From contig CM052816.1 in the NCBI GenBank assembly GCA_028534125.1, positions 77,998,001-78,062,000 on the forward strand: DNA of 64,000 nt. The letters are read 5' to 3'. Shown here one piece after another: positions 52,581 to 64,000 of this stretch. The notes below the pieces were generated by a model. That model made no database searches. It had not been told where the DNA came from and worked only from the letters and a program-made list of their open reading frames with translations. The translations under genes and the position numbers were made by a program. Numbering within the stretch: position 1 is the first letter of the stretch; each line of letters opens with the position of its first letter. Source of the stretch: Lama glama. Its lineage: Eukaryota.

Positions 52581-54648
52581 GCTTATTTGTTTTGATATGA
52601 CCTAGGCAATTGGAAAGTAGATAAATATTGAGAAATATGAATATTGAGAAACTGCAATATTATTAATTCTCAGAATATGCTAACCAGAAGTCAGGAGAAT
52701 ATTTTAAATCAAAGGAGCAAACCACTTCATCATCCTGATCACCATCAAAGAGTGCTGTAGAACCCAAGCCAAAAGAAAGTGACTACCCTCAAGGAGCTTA
52801 TAATCCAAAACAGATGACACTGACATCAACTAATACGTAAAAAGGCCAGAGACACCGAAAGAGAACTGCCAACAAACTCAGACCAGAAACAGCTCAAGAG
52901 CCAAGAAAGTGAAGGAATAAAGACTTACAACATTCATGCATAAATAAAGTTCACAGATCAGAGTTCCTCGATCAGCAAATGAGGCAGGAGAAGTATTTAC
53001 AGAGTAGTTTTTTTTTACTTCCTCCTGTCTCACTAGTAGCCCCAGTGAGCAGCCTGGCTTTCTTTTAATAGACTGCTAACTAACTACAATAAAATTTTGA
53101 GGAAAGTTTTCACGAGTCTTCAGAGATGGATAACGACGTCCACATCCACCAGGAAAGTGTCATGGTCATATTATAAGGATTAAAATTGCTTCACTGAATC
53201 TTAATCACATGATCAGAAAGTGTGAAGCTATAAGGAAGTTTTTCAGATTTTTTTCCATCATCTTGGTATGATGATATTTTAGGGAAAACTTACTCCAATA
53301 GGCAACCAGGGAAAGAATTTCAAAGGCTCAACACAATGACGGTGTTGTTCATTATTCAAATGAATACACTCTCTGGGGTTGTTTTTATGTTTTCCATTTC
53401 TTCCAAATGTTCTAACTTACTCATCCCTTGGGCAGCTAGTGAATAGCTTAATTTTGTTCATCTGGCTTATAAAAATCCATTAAATTAAAATAGATTTTTT
53501 TCCTTTTAAGCACTATGTATATTAAATTATTCTAGAAATATTTAAGGGTGATTAATTGAAACTAATGTTTTAGTCTTACTCTTGAGAACAACAAATTTAT
53601 TGCCTTCTAAAGTTGGACTGTCAGTTATCACTTTCCCTTGAAAGCAAATTACCTATATAAATAAATAGTTCAAATAGATTCCAATAACTATCAAGAACAG
53701 AATTGATTCTATAACATACAAATTCACAAAATCTGGTCTCAGATCACAATTATCAGTGTGAACTTTTTCCTGTAAGACACATACCAGAGAGATTCACCAA
53801 GAGGAAAAGGTACAGCAGACACAAATGGGTTTGAGAACTTGACATATTAAAATCAATCAGAAAAACAAACACAAATAAACTTCTGAGCTGATATAAGAAT
53901 CAAAATAACAATATCTAGCATTTCATAGAGAGTTTATTACCTGGCAAGCACTGCTCTAAGCACAAACATTACACATACATATGCACACACATACATACAC
54001 ACATATATTTACATATATACACACACACATTCACGTAGTCCTCCTAACAAGCCAAGAAGTAGATGCTGCTATTATTTCATTTTATAACTGGAGAACTCCT
54101 TACAGCCTTTCCTTCTCCCTCCACTTGCTCAGGCAAATCTCCCTGCCTTGATGGGTGGCATGGGCCTTCAGTTACTCACTCTAGTAAGTCACTGTGTTTC
54201 CCTCCTCATACACAAACATGTACCAAGTCATATGTGGCCTACATATCCTAAATATCTAATTCCCTTCTCTGGATTGGTCTCCATTCTCCCTCCACAGACT
54301 TGGTTGAGTCCATCATCATCTCTCATGTGGGACTAAACTAACCTGAGACCTCTCAACTGGCCCCCGTGCCTTAACTGTCTCTTGCCTTAATTTCCTCCAA
54401 TTTATGTTCCATATATACAACATAGTGATTCTCCAAAAACTTAAGTCTGATCATACATTTCTCTTGCTTACAGCTATTTACTGAAAGAGAAAAAAAAAAG
54501 CTTTCCTCTTAACATCACCCCACTCAATGCCACCAAAAGGGGCATGGCAAGTCACTGTGTGGGGTAAGGAAACAGATTCATTTTAAAAAATAAATTCAAT
54601 CTACCCACTCTTTCTGTAACACACAGAGTGCAAACAGTAAAGCTTAGC

Positions 54649-55160
54649 TAGCACTATTCACAATAGCCAAGACATGGAAGCAACCTAAGTGTCCAGGAAC
54701 AGATGAATGGATAAAGAAGATGTGATAAACACACATACAATGGAATACTACTCAGCCATAAAAAAGAAAGAATACTGCCTTTCACAGCAACGTGGATTGA
54801 CCTACACATTATCATACTAAGTGAACAAAGTCATACAGAGAAAGACAAATATATCACTTACATGTAAAATCTAAAAAAAAAATACAAATCAACTTATTTA
54901 TAAAACAGAAACTCACAGACATAGAAAATAAACATATGGTTACCAAAGGGGAAATGGGGGGGTATGAATTAGGAGTATGAGATTAACAGATACATACCAC
55001 TATATATATAAAATAGACAAACAATAAGGATCTACTATATAGCACAGTGAACTATATGCAGTATCTTGTAATAACCTATAATGGAAAAGAATCTGAAGCT
55101 ACACACTTGAAAGTAACACAATATTGTAAATCAACTACAGTTAAATTGAAAAGAAAAAAG
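54649..55160 (+). mobile_element. 5'-truncated L1 3' end (L1MA9/artiodactyl-like)
   Basis: gcactattcacaatagccaagacatggaagcaacctaagtgtcc..tggaatactactcagccataaaaaag..atagcacagtgaactatatgc. Confidence 0.9.
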
Positions 55161-55355
55161 GTCTGGGTAGAGCTGGATGGGGACAGAAGAGGGACTCCTG
55201 GGGTATTGGTAATGTTCTGTACCCTGATCTGAGGACTGGTTATATGACTATGTTCCATTTGTGAAAATTAACTGAGTTGTATAGATAGATACAATAGGTG
55301 CTCTTTTCTATAGGTACATTATAATTCAATAACATTTTTAAGAGAAAAAAAAGAA
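55161..55355 (+). mobile_element. Older L1 (L1MC/ME-like) 3' terminal fragment with A-rich tail
   Basis: ctggggtattggtaatgttctgtaccctgatctg..tttgtgaaaattaactgagttgta..ttataattcaataa. Confidence 0.65.
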
Positions 55356-55513
55356 AGTAAAGTTTAGCAAATATTCTTAGCTAACTGAAAAAAATAGGAT
55401 ATGTATTGGTTTTTAAAATATTAAAAAATAATCTCCCATAAGATAGAATAGAAGCACTTGGTTTATCTTTGTAAATGGGGAAACCCATACCAACAAGCAA
55501 CTGCTATCCAAAT

Positions 55514-55516
<3 letters not shown>

Positions 55517-55547
<31 letters not shown>
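55517..55547 (+). repeat. (AC)~15 microsatellite
   Basis: Perfect dinucleotide run. Confidence 0.95.
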
Positions 55548-55549
<2 letters not shown>

Positions 55550-56089
55550 TATATCAGTTTCAGGTTTGTGCAGGAGAGTCATTTTCTCTAAGAATGTGGA
55601 TTTAGGGACATAGTAGAGAATTTTTTATTTTTTGGCTTATCATGTCTTATTAAACAAGAGCATTCTTAATTTATCAATACAAAAATAATGACTACCATGT
55701 ATTTTGCTATAACTTTAAACTGATATTTTAGTGAAATGTCTAAAATAACTTTCTCTATATGAAATACACATTTTATGTGTGGGAAAACATCCACGCCCCA
55801 TACAACTATCTTTAGTATCTCCGTATGTTTTAACTCATAGCATTTGGAAAGTTTGCTCTGCTACTAAATGGTTTATAGACAAAACTTCCTCGTTTTAAAA
55901 ATAAAATAGCAAAATGTCATCTGACTACTAGATCTAGTCAATGACAAAGAACTCCATTTAAGTTATGGCCATTTAAACTTAGCAAAATGTTTTAATTTTA
56001 CACCATTTCTATAATCTTGATTCACTCTCTCAGTAATAGAATATATAAATCATAAATGTAGTACAGAATAAACTATTTCCATCAATGAA

Positions 56090-56260
56090 TGATGAGTCAT
56101 TACTTAATGGTCACAGAGTGTTTTATGGGGTGATGAAAAAGTTTTGAAACTAGAGAGAGCTGGTGGTTGCACAACACTGTGAAACCACTAAATACCACTG
56201 AATTATACATTTTAAAATAGTTAATTGTATGTTATATGAATTTTACCTCAATTTTAAAAG
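56090..56260 (+). mobile_element. L1MB-like 3' terminus
   Basis: gggtgatgaaaaagttttgaaactag..ggtggttgcacaacactgtg..ccactgaattatacattttaaaa. Confidence 0.8.
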
Positions 56261-59200
56261 TATTTATAATTTTTAAATACATCAATTTTTAACTAAGTAA
56301 ACAATAATGTGCTGTATAGACATAGAATTATGCTGTGTAGACATGAGAATTATGAGAGTAGTAGGCAAAAAAAAATGAAGTTAGGGAAATAGACTTAACT
56401 AGAGCAGGTCAACTGGATTAGTATGGGTGGGATTTCTGGGGTGAACTACAGGAATCTGAGAGGTAGTCTTGCAAACTAATTTTGGCAGCCTTTCAAGACA
56501 CCAGCAACTGAGTACATTCTAACCACAGGTGATTTCTGGTGGCATACCATATGTCTTCAAGGGCTTAGGCAGAAATGCCGAGGCAGAGAAAGCATCTTTT
56601 GCATCCATCTGCCTCCCGTTCTAAATCTCTGTAACTCCCCTTCCTCTCCCTTACCATTCAAGTGCCTACTGTATTTATTATGACCTCTGGTCTCTCAATG
56701 CCCCAACTATTTCTTCTTCTTCAGTCAAAGCTTCTGTTTTTTAAATGTAAGCTCTAACTATGTATTTTAGAGATATTAGCCTTGCCTACCTCACAAAGGT
56801 TGTTGTGTAAGTCAAATTATATTGGGGACATGCTGTACAAGTGTTTTGCAAACCCTGGATTCTAACTCATTAGTGGGTCATAAAATCAATTTGGTAGATT
56901 AGGACCAGTACTTTTTTTTAAATGAAATCATTTACAGAGTGATTTACATTTACAGAGAGAGTGCACTGCACACTGTAAACTATTTCAGTTTTGTGTGTGT
57001 GTGTGTGAGACTGTGCAAAGTATGTGTGTAGTCAGTCACAATGTAAAATGTAATTTATGGTAAGTGAAAAATACACAGCTTTACAAGACAAGTAAGTTTT
57101 TTTTTCCTCTCTGTTATATTTTCAGATTGAGAGAGAAAAAAAACTATTTTTCAGAATAAAACAAGGTTACCACATGATGTACACAGCAAGTGGCTCCTTA
57201 ACCACCTGTCCCATGAGCATCAGTGTTTTCTACCCAGGATAAAACTTTTACAGCAAAAAGTAAAATTCTTTATCAGACAGTTTAGAGTGAAAATAATTCT
57301 TTATATAATTAACTATAAGTAAAGTTAAACAATAACTTTAAAAATACTTCTGAATTAAGATCTGATCTTTGCATTACTTTGTAGGATACAACTGAAAGCC
57401 ACAAAAACTCTAATAAGGAATGAAACTGGTAAATATTTAAAACATTCTGAACTGCTGAGATTTAACAGAATCTTGCAATGCTCTTTAATTCGGGCCTCAC
57501 GTTATAAAAATAAAAGTTTCTGAGAAGTTTTAAGAAATGTGTCAAGGCTTGGGTAATTAGTAGAAGAAAGAAAGAAATGAAAAACAAAACAAAACAAAAC
57601 TGAAGATTCATTGTAGCACCGGGAGTTTTGGAGCTCAAATCATCACTGGTTATATCACTTCTCCAGTTGCAATGAATCAAACAGTAAGTTAAAAGAGAAC
57701 GCATGCAGACCAGAGAACTGTTTTACACTTTTGGCTCGGACACTACTTTCTGTATATAAAAAGCCCTACTAGTGGCTCTACTGAGTGAACATTTAACATT
57801 TACTATTGTGTTTATAATGGTTGAAACAGTAATGTTTGGCCTCGTCAGCTTACAAAATAAATCATAGCTGTCCTGAAGCTGAGCAACAGCTCAGGAAATA
57901 TCTCTCCTAGAGAGTCATCCCTTATATAGGCTTTCTAGAGACTACAGTCATCCTGCAGCGTCTGACCACTGTAGATGATGTAACAGCCTTATCTAGACAA
58001 CTGCAGAGAACTTTACTCGTGCTATAGAAAACACTAAAAGTCTTTTTTTTTTTTAAGAATTAAGGAGCATTTTCGCTATGTTGCCAACTGATAGAAGATA
58101 ATAATGGAAGTAAAATTAGCTGTTCAAAATTAACTAAAATAAAACAAAATCAAAGCAGGTTTTCATGCAATACAAATTCTCAACTTTCAAATAGCTTACT
58201 TATCATTAGAAAATCAGGCACCATGAAAGGGAATGATCAATGTGTTTTATGGAATCATTTTCCAATTAAGTTAATCTATGTTATACCATTGTACAACTAC
58301 TTAAAAAGGCATCATTTAAAATACTGTGAAAAAATTACCTTTACATTAAATTTTACTCATTTGTCAATCCTAGTTTCAAAAGCTCTTCAGAAGATAAAAT
58401 CACTTCTGCCACTAACGCCCTCATCCAAGAAATGACCTGGACAACTGCAACAGCCAGCCCTCAGCCAGTCTCCTGTCTCCGCTTTCTCCCCCTACAGTCA
58501 CTCTGCATGCTAAATGGCCAGAGTGATTCTTTAAAAGATACAACTTGGATGATGTCATTCTTCCCCTACAATCTGTCTAATGGCTTCCTGTTACCCTCAG
58601 AAGAGTGTTCCATCTCCTTTACACAGCCTCAAGGCCTTACTGATCTGATACCCTCTCACCCCAACCTCTTCCCACACCTGGCCCACTCTTCCCTGGAAAG
58701 GAAGGTAGCTTATTAAGCTGACTTGTGAATGTGGGGAGAATTAACTGCGAGTGCTTGGCTCAGCCCTTCCTTTTTCCTTCTTGGTGCAAGCTCCCCTTAG
58801 GGGGTTATTATCCTCTGCGTCTGCATGCCCTGAGTTTTCTGGGGCAAGCCCGGCTGAGCAAATCTGTACAATTCCAGGAGTTGGTCAGGAGGCATATCCG
58901 CCTCTACCATCTGTAACAAAGGTGGATTTTGACTTTCATCTGTCATGCTTTAGTGATTAGTCTTATTTCTTAATTTGTTTAGAACCCACGTAGGGAGAAG
59001 GGATAATAATTATCAGGGCCACTAAAAACCCGAACACACTGAAATAAACACAGGTGCAAGTACAGAAAGGAACCCAGAAATGTTCATCTCTGGGTAGTGT
59101 AGTTACAGGTGACATTTTCCTCATATGCTTTTCTATTTTGGATAAATATTTTTACAAATAACTATGGATGACTTTTTTAATCAGAAAAAAAAAAGCCAAA

Positions 59201-60261
59201 ATAAATTTTCTTTTGGGGCATGAAAGAGCATAAAGCCTGAGACAAGGTTTTCAGAGGAAATTAAGAGCTATGTCTTGGATACATGTCTAATAAAACTGAA
59301 AACAGAGTTATAAAATGGCTAACCCTAATTAACAAATGCAGATAAAAGTATCTTACCTTTTCTACAGACATTTCATACTTACTTTCACTTTACTATTTTG
59401 GCTAAATTCAAGTCATCAAATAGTTACAAAATTACATTAGTCTCTTGAATCCATATAGTCCCTCTGGTCTATTTATTCAATATAAATGAAAATAAAAGAT
59501 TATACTAACCACTTCCTTATGATGTTTATATATTTGACTCCATAACAGCAGCTCTTATATTTTAAACTAGAGGTTTTTAGTTCATGATTTCCTTTGTTTC
59601 TGGCCTAAATATCAACACACATCCATAAATATTCACATAAGTTTTGCACTCCTGTCACACTGAGGGAAAATTCTTCTATTTTTATTTATGAGTTACAAAT
59701 GTTTTTAAAATACTAACAATTCTTTGTAAGTAACTCAATTTTAATTTTTCTTCAGGCTTCCCTGAGCAACTCTGATCAGTATACAATCATCTAAACCCAA
59801 GGGTTTTTTCACACATTATTTTCAACAGTTACTTTTTTCCTTCTATATGTTAATGTCTACAGCACCAAAGCAGTGCATAAGTTTTGCCTTTTTAAGGATA
59901 CTGTACAAAGTGTATATTTCAAAATTAGAGTATGAAAGCAAGGATTCTGGGGGGATACAATTTAAATATCTAGGGTGCAGATAAATTAAACCATTGAAAT
60001 TTAATTCAACAAATACTTATATATGCTTTGCATACTAGTGGATCCAAAGGAAGATAAGAAAAAAATCCTTGTCTGCAAACAGCACATGACAGTGACACAC
60101 AATCTTTTTTGTCCTTGGCCAACTTACGCAGGATAAAAGATTACATACTTCATCTATTCCCATTTCCAGTGGCAAGAGAACTCAGGGTTTAAAGTTCCAC
60201 TGTAAACACAGTTTTGAAAAGATTATAATCCATTTTAATAATAAGAGTTAAGAATCATTTA

Positions 60262-60400
60262 CTTTTTAAACAGCTTTATCAAAGTATAACTTAATACCAT
60301 AAAATTCACCTATTTTTAAGTTTACAATTTAACAATTTTATTAAATTTACAGAGTTGTGCAACTATCATCCAAATCTAGTTTTAGAGTATCACCATCATG
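60262..60400 (-). mobile_element. L1MB-like 3' terminus
   Basis: aacagctttatcaaagtataac..ccataaaattcacc..tttacagagttgtgcaactatca. Confidence 0.75.
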
Positions 60401-60434
60401 ATCATTCATTTTTGAACCATAAAGCAGCAAAACA

Positions 60435-60660
60435 CAGCAATTAGGAGTGTAAGTTCTAGTGCAGAGCCTGGCTCCACAGTCTGCATGATCTTGGACACGT
60501 TTTGAACCTTTCTCCGCTGTGCTTTAGTTTTCTCATCTAAAATATTTGGTTACTGGTAGTACTTACGTCACAGTATTATTCTGAGTCAGATGGATTAACA
60601 TAAGCACTTAGAACAGTAGCTAGCACCAAGTATATGTTCAATGAATGTTACCTATTAGTA
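60435..60660 (+). mobile_element. MIR
   Basis: tgatcttggac..ctttagttttctcatctaaaa..taagcacttagaacagt. Confidence 0.7.
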
Positions 60661-60685
60661 TCATACACTTTAAATTTATTTATTA

Positions 60686-60737
60686 GAACACAGTAGGTTA
60701 AAAATATGATTGAACACAGTAGGTTAAAAATATGATT
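60686..60737 (+). repeat. Perfect 26-bp tandem duplication
   Basis: gaacacagtaggttaaaaatatgatt occurs twice in a row. Confidence 0.95.
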
Positions 60738-60909
60738 GATGCAAATCAGCTTCGATCCACACTGAAGACTAAACCAAATAACCTGTAACAACACATTCAC
60801 TTAATAATGAAGCTGGATTAACAGTAATTTAAAATTTAAAAACAAGAATAACAGCAACTAAAAACCAAACCAATTCAAGATAAAACTTACGATGCTCTGA
60901 TAGCATCTG

Positions 60910-62922
60910 TTCACCCATTTACTCAACAAATGTTAACTGCGAGCACAAACGCTATGCCACGTTCTCAGGCACAGGGAAATAGCAAATAAGACAAAAAGTC
61001 TCTGACCTTATGAAGCTGAAGGGCAGACAAAATGAATGAGCAGGCAAATGAAAAATAAAACAGAATAATTACACAGTGGTAAGTGCTTTAATGACAATAA
61101 AACAAGGCAATGGGACATAGAAACAGGGGCAGGAGAAAGCCAGGGTATTACTCCAGCCAGTAGTCTAGTCTGGCTCTAAAACCAGCCTTCTTAATCTATA
61201 TTTGAAACTACTCGGTGGCTTTGTGGTTCTCTGAGATGACATTTCACCAGAGGCCAGAATGAGAGGTGTGCAGCCACACCAAGGGCTGTAACCATGGCAA
61301 AGGCCTACACTCAGCAAGTATAATAAGCACAAAGCTACAAGATGGACAAGGCCTGATGATACCTGGGGAGCAGAAAGAGGCCAGCTTGCTTGGAGTTCAG
61401 CGAGCATGAAGGAGAACAGCAGCAGATGAGGTTGAAGAGGTAGGCAGACAACCGACTGCTGCTTTATTTCACTATTTGAGTCACCCCTTCCCTATTAAAC
61501 AACTTGAGCCAATGGTCAGTCAATAACCGGACATTTCTGCAGCCTGGGGAAACTCACCATCACCCTGGGCCAAACTATGGCAAAGCATGCTCCACTTACT
61601 AAAAAGACGAGATTTTTAAATGGAAGATTAATTTTTTCAAAACATTTGACCTAATTCTGTTATGTGAGTATCTTCAGGGTTTATACTCCTAGATAAACAA
61701 TCTTCTAGTCCATAAACATAACATCATGACTGTGCAAAAGCATCCCGGAGGGAACGGCGTCCGAGCTGGTCGTCTTCAGTGGATGAGATCTCGACCAGCG
61801 GTGGGGACTTGCAGGAGAGACAGATGGGGCAGAGTGGTCAGAACAGGAAGAGGCACCAAAGCAGTAAAGCAGAGGATGATCACGACGGAACAGAGCATAC
61901 CCTAGTCTGAGGTTAAAAAGAAGTTTTTCTATTCATGAAGAAAGTCGTGGGAGACACTCAAAGGTTGGTTAAAGACAAACTGAAAGGCTGAAGTTTTCAG
62001 CCTGAGGAAATGTGAACTATTTTCAGTACGTGGTCAGCACTGAAGCAATGATTATTTAATATGATTTAAACTGGGGCTAGGTATGCCAGAGAGGAGGGAC
62101 AGAGAAGGGAAAGGCTATCCAACAACACAGGTTAGAGGTAATGAAAGTCTGAAACAGTGTGAAGGCAAAGGAGATGAAATTGAGGGGGCAGATGAGAGGG
62201 ACACTAAAATATAGAATTTATAGGAGACAGAGGATACCCTGAAATTCTAAATGGAAACATAAAATAAGAAAAATAGCAAAGTCAGAAGGAAGAGTGAGTT
62301 CCAAAAGAGATGAGGAGTTGTGTTCTGGGTATTCTGAGCTTAACATCCTGGTGGGCTTGTTTCACAGGCAACTGAATGTGCCTCCGGAGTGCAGAAGCAT
62401 GTGTAGGATGGAATTAAGAGGAACAGATTCAGTTGCTGCAAGTAATGATAACTGAACTTAAAATAGTTCATCTCCTTGACAGGAGACTAGGAAAAATAAT
62501 GTCCTTCTACTCTAATATGGAGACAGTGGGAAACATAGACAGTAAAGGAGGCTGAGAATAATAAGAACAAAAAGGTAGAGATTGTCACACATGTCCAGGC
62601 TGCCTCGCTGTATTGAGTTGAGAGAGCAAGAAGGAATTTGGCAGAAGAGTTGTTTCAAAGAGTGATTCTGTCAACAAGGGGAACAAACACTGTAAAACGA
62701 CAGCTGAATTTGGTGCTTAGAAAGTCTTTTACTTTTAAAAACATTAAAAGAGATTGCACAACGTCTTCTGATAAATCCTCAAAATACTAATTTTCCAGCT
62801 TCTCCAGAGCCTTTGAAAGCAAAGTGTATGGGGTCTCTGTTTTGCTTATTGTGGTATCTCCAACACCTAGAATAGTACTTGGACCAGAGAAGGTGCTCAA
62901 TAACTTTTGTGGAATGAATGAT
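60910..62922. mobile_element. L2 fragments (minus strand about 60910-61450 and 61800-62720; plus-strand 3' end about 62810-62922)
   Basis: ttcacccatttactcaacaaatg..tctctgaccttatgaagctg; and gtatctccaacacctagaatagt..ggtgctcaataac..gaatgaatg. Confidence 0.6.
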
Positions 62923-63049
62923 GTGATCTCTCTGCTTTCCCTTCACATCAGCCTCTCTTGCTCTTCATTTCCTTCCCTACTGAGCTAAGAATCCATGATC
63001 TTACATATCTTATCAACATCCTAAATTATATGGCCCCAGTGTCCTTCTA

Positions 63050-63720
63050 TTACATGTTTTCTATTTGTCTCTCTTTCCGTGAGTTTCTAGGATCTTCTCC
63101 ATAACCCTGGTGTCCTAAAATTTCATGATGCATGGTTTGCTGTGAGTCTTTTTCATTCATTGTGCTGAGCACTTGATGAGTGCTTCTTTCCATCTTTCTA
63201 CCTGGAAAATATTTGTTTTTCAGTTCTGTAACTTTTTTTGGTGGGGTAGGGGTAGGGCAGTAGTAACTATTCTTACCTAATTGCATCCTCTCTGCTCTAC
63301 ATTTCATCTTTCTAAAACTTTCTGGTCAAATACTAGATCTTGAATTGACCTTTAGATCTGTTTCTTCTTTCTCACTGTGTTTTATTCTACTTTCGAGGAG
63401 ATTTCCTTGACTGTATCTTTCAACATTCCTATATTTTCCCCAGTATCATTCATCTATTTTCCAAGAGCTCTTTCTTGAACTCTAAATCTTCAAAAAAATT
63501 TTGCAGTATTCTAATTTAGTTTCTTGGCTGCAATACTCTCTCTTTTCTCTCTGAGAATATTAATTATAGGATTTTATTTCTTGAAATATTCTTGTTTCCT
63601 GCATTCTCTCTCTCTGAGTTTGCTTTAGTCACTATATTAAGGATTTCTCAAATGTCTTGTGATGCTTGTCTGTCCGTTAATTTATAAGTGTAAGGCACTA
63701 AAAAGCTGATTAGATACTCT
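63050..63720 (-). mobile_element. Old L1/HAL1 ORF1-region fragment
   Basis: T-rich. aaatttcatgatgcatgg..tttttcattcattgtgctgagcacttgatgag resembles HAL1/L1M5 on the minus strand. Confidence 0.55.
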
Positions 63721-63724
63721 CTGT

Positions 63725-63956
63725 CAGGGGTCAAAATCCTCTTCCATAAAGGGTCAGACAGTTAATATTTCAGTCTGTTGCACCTACTCAACTCTGCCAT
63801 TTTACTGTAAAAGCAGCCACAGATAATACAAAAATGAATGAGCAAGCATGTTCTAATTGAACTTTATTGACAGAGACTGAAATTTGAATTTCATAGAATT
63901 TTCATGTGTCATGAAATGGTTTTCTTATTTTGATTTTTTTTTTTAAAAAAAACCAT
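63725..63956 (+). mobile_element. MER58B-like hAT MITE, interrupted at about 63957 by the start of an MLT1-like LTR
   Basis: caggggtc..taaagggtcagacagttaatattt..ctgaaatttgaatttcatagaattttcatgtgtcatgaaat, followed by tgtggtaggga..ccctaaagat. Confidence 0.75.
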
Positions 63957-64000
63957 TGTGGTAGGGAGAGTAATGTGCCCTAAAGATTTCTACCTCCTAA

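Larger units (their letters stand above)
25780..64000 (-). other. WDR70: Part of a very large WDR70 intron upstream of the 100-nt exon
   Basis: No further WDR70-like coding exon was recognised in these 38 kb, which are rich in transposable elements. This fits my recollection of a long intron at this position in human. Confidence 0.8.

Noticed and set aside
1..64000. Prokaryote-type systems (CRISPR arrays, operons, defence islands)
   Set aside because: The sequence is mammalian intron/exon DNA. There is no repeat-spacer array and no dense long ORFs.

Overview
This is mammalian genomic DNA, probably camelid judging from two tRNA-derived Vic-1-like SINEs with intact target-site duplications (TSDs). 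The whole window lies inside the WDR70 gene on the minus strand. Five short GT-AG coding exons (25680-25779, 22776-22860, 21174-21312, 3276-3376, 1588-1667; 505 nt, phases compatible) splice into one continuous WD40-repeat peptide. By recalled human numbering these are about exons 11-15, and the ORF track captures none of them. The rest is intron, rich in old transposable elements (MIR, L2, CR1/L3, L1, MaLR, an ERVL remnant, a MER21-like LTR, hAT and Tigger MITEs). Repeat family names come from recalled consensus sequences and their boundaries are approximate. I found no convincing new biological system. The best leads are modest: exon-like cassettes in the 17.8 kb intron (poison exons or a decayed membrane-protein gene), a frameshifted ~115-codon ORF beside a diverged 118-bp hairpin duplication, a probable L1 3' transduction, and several transcription-factor motif clusters that may be enhancers.
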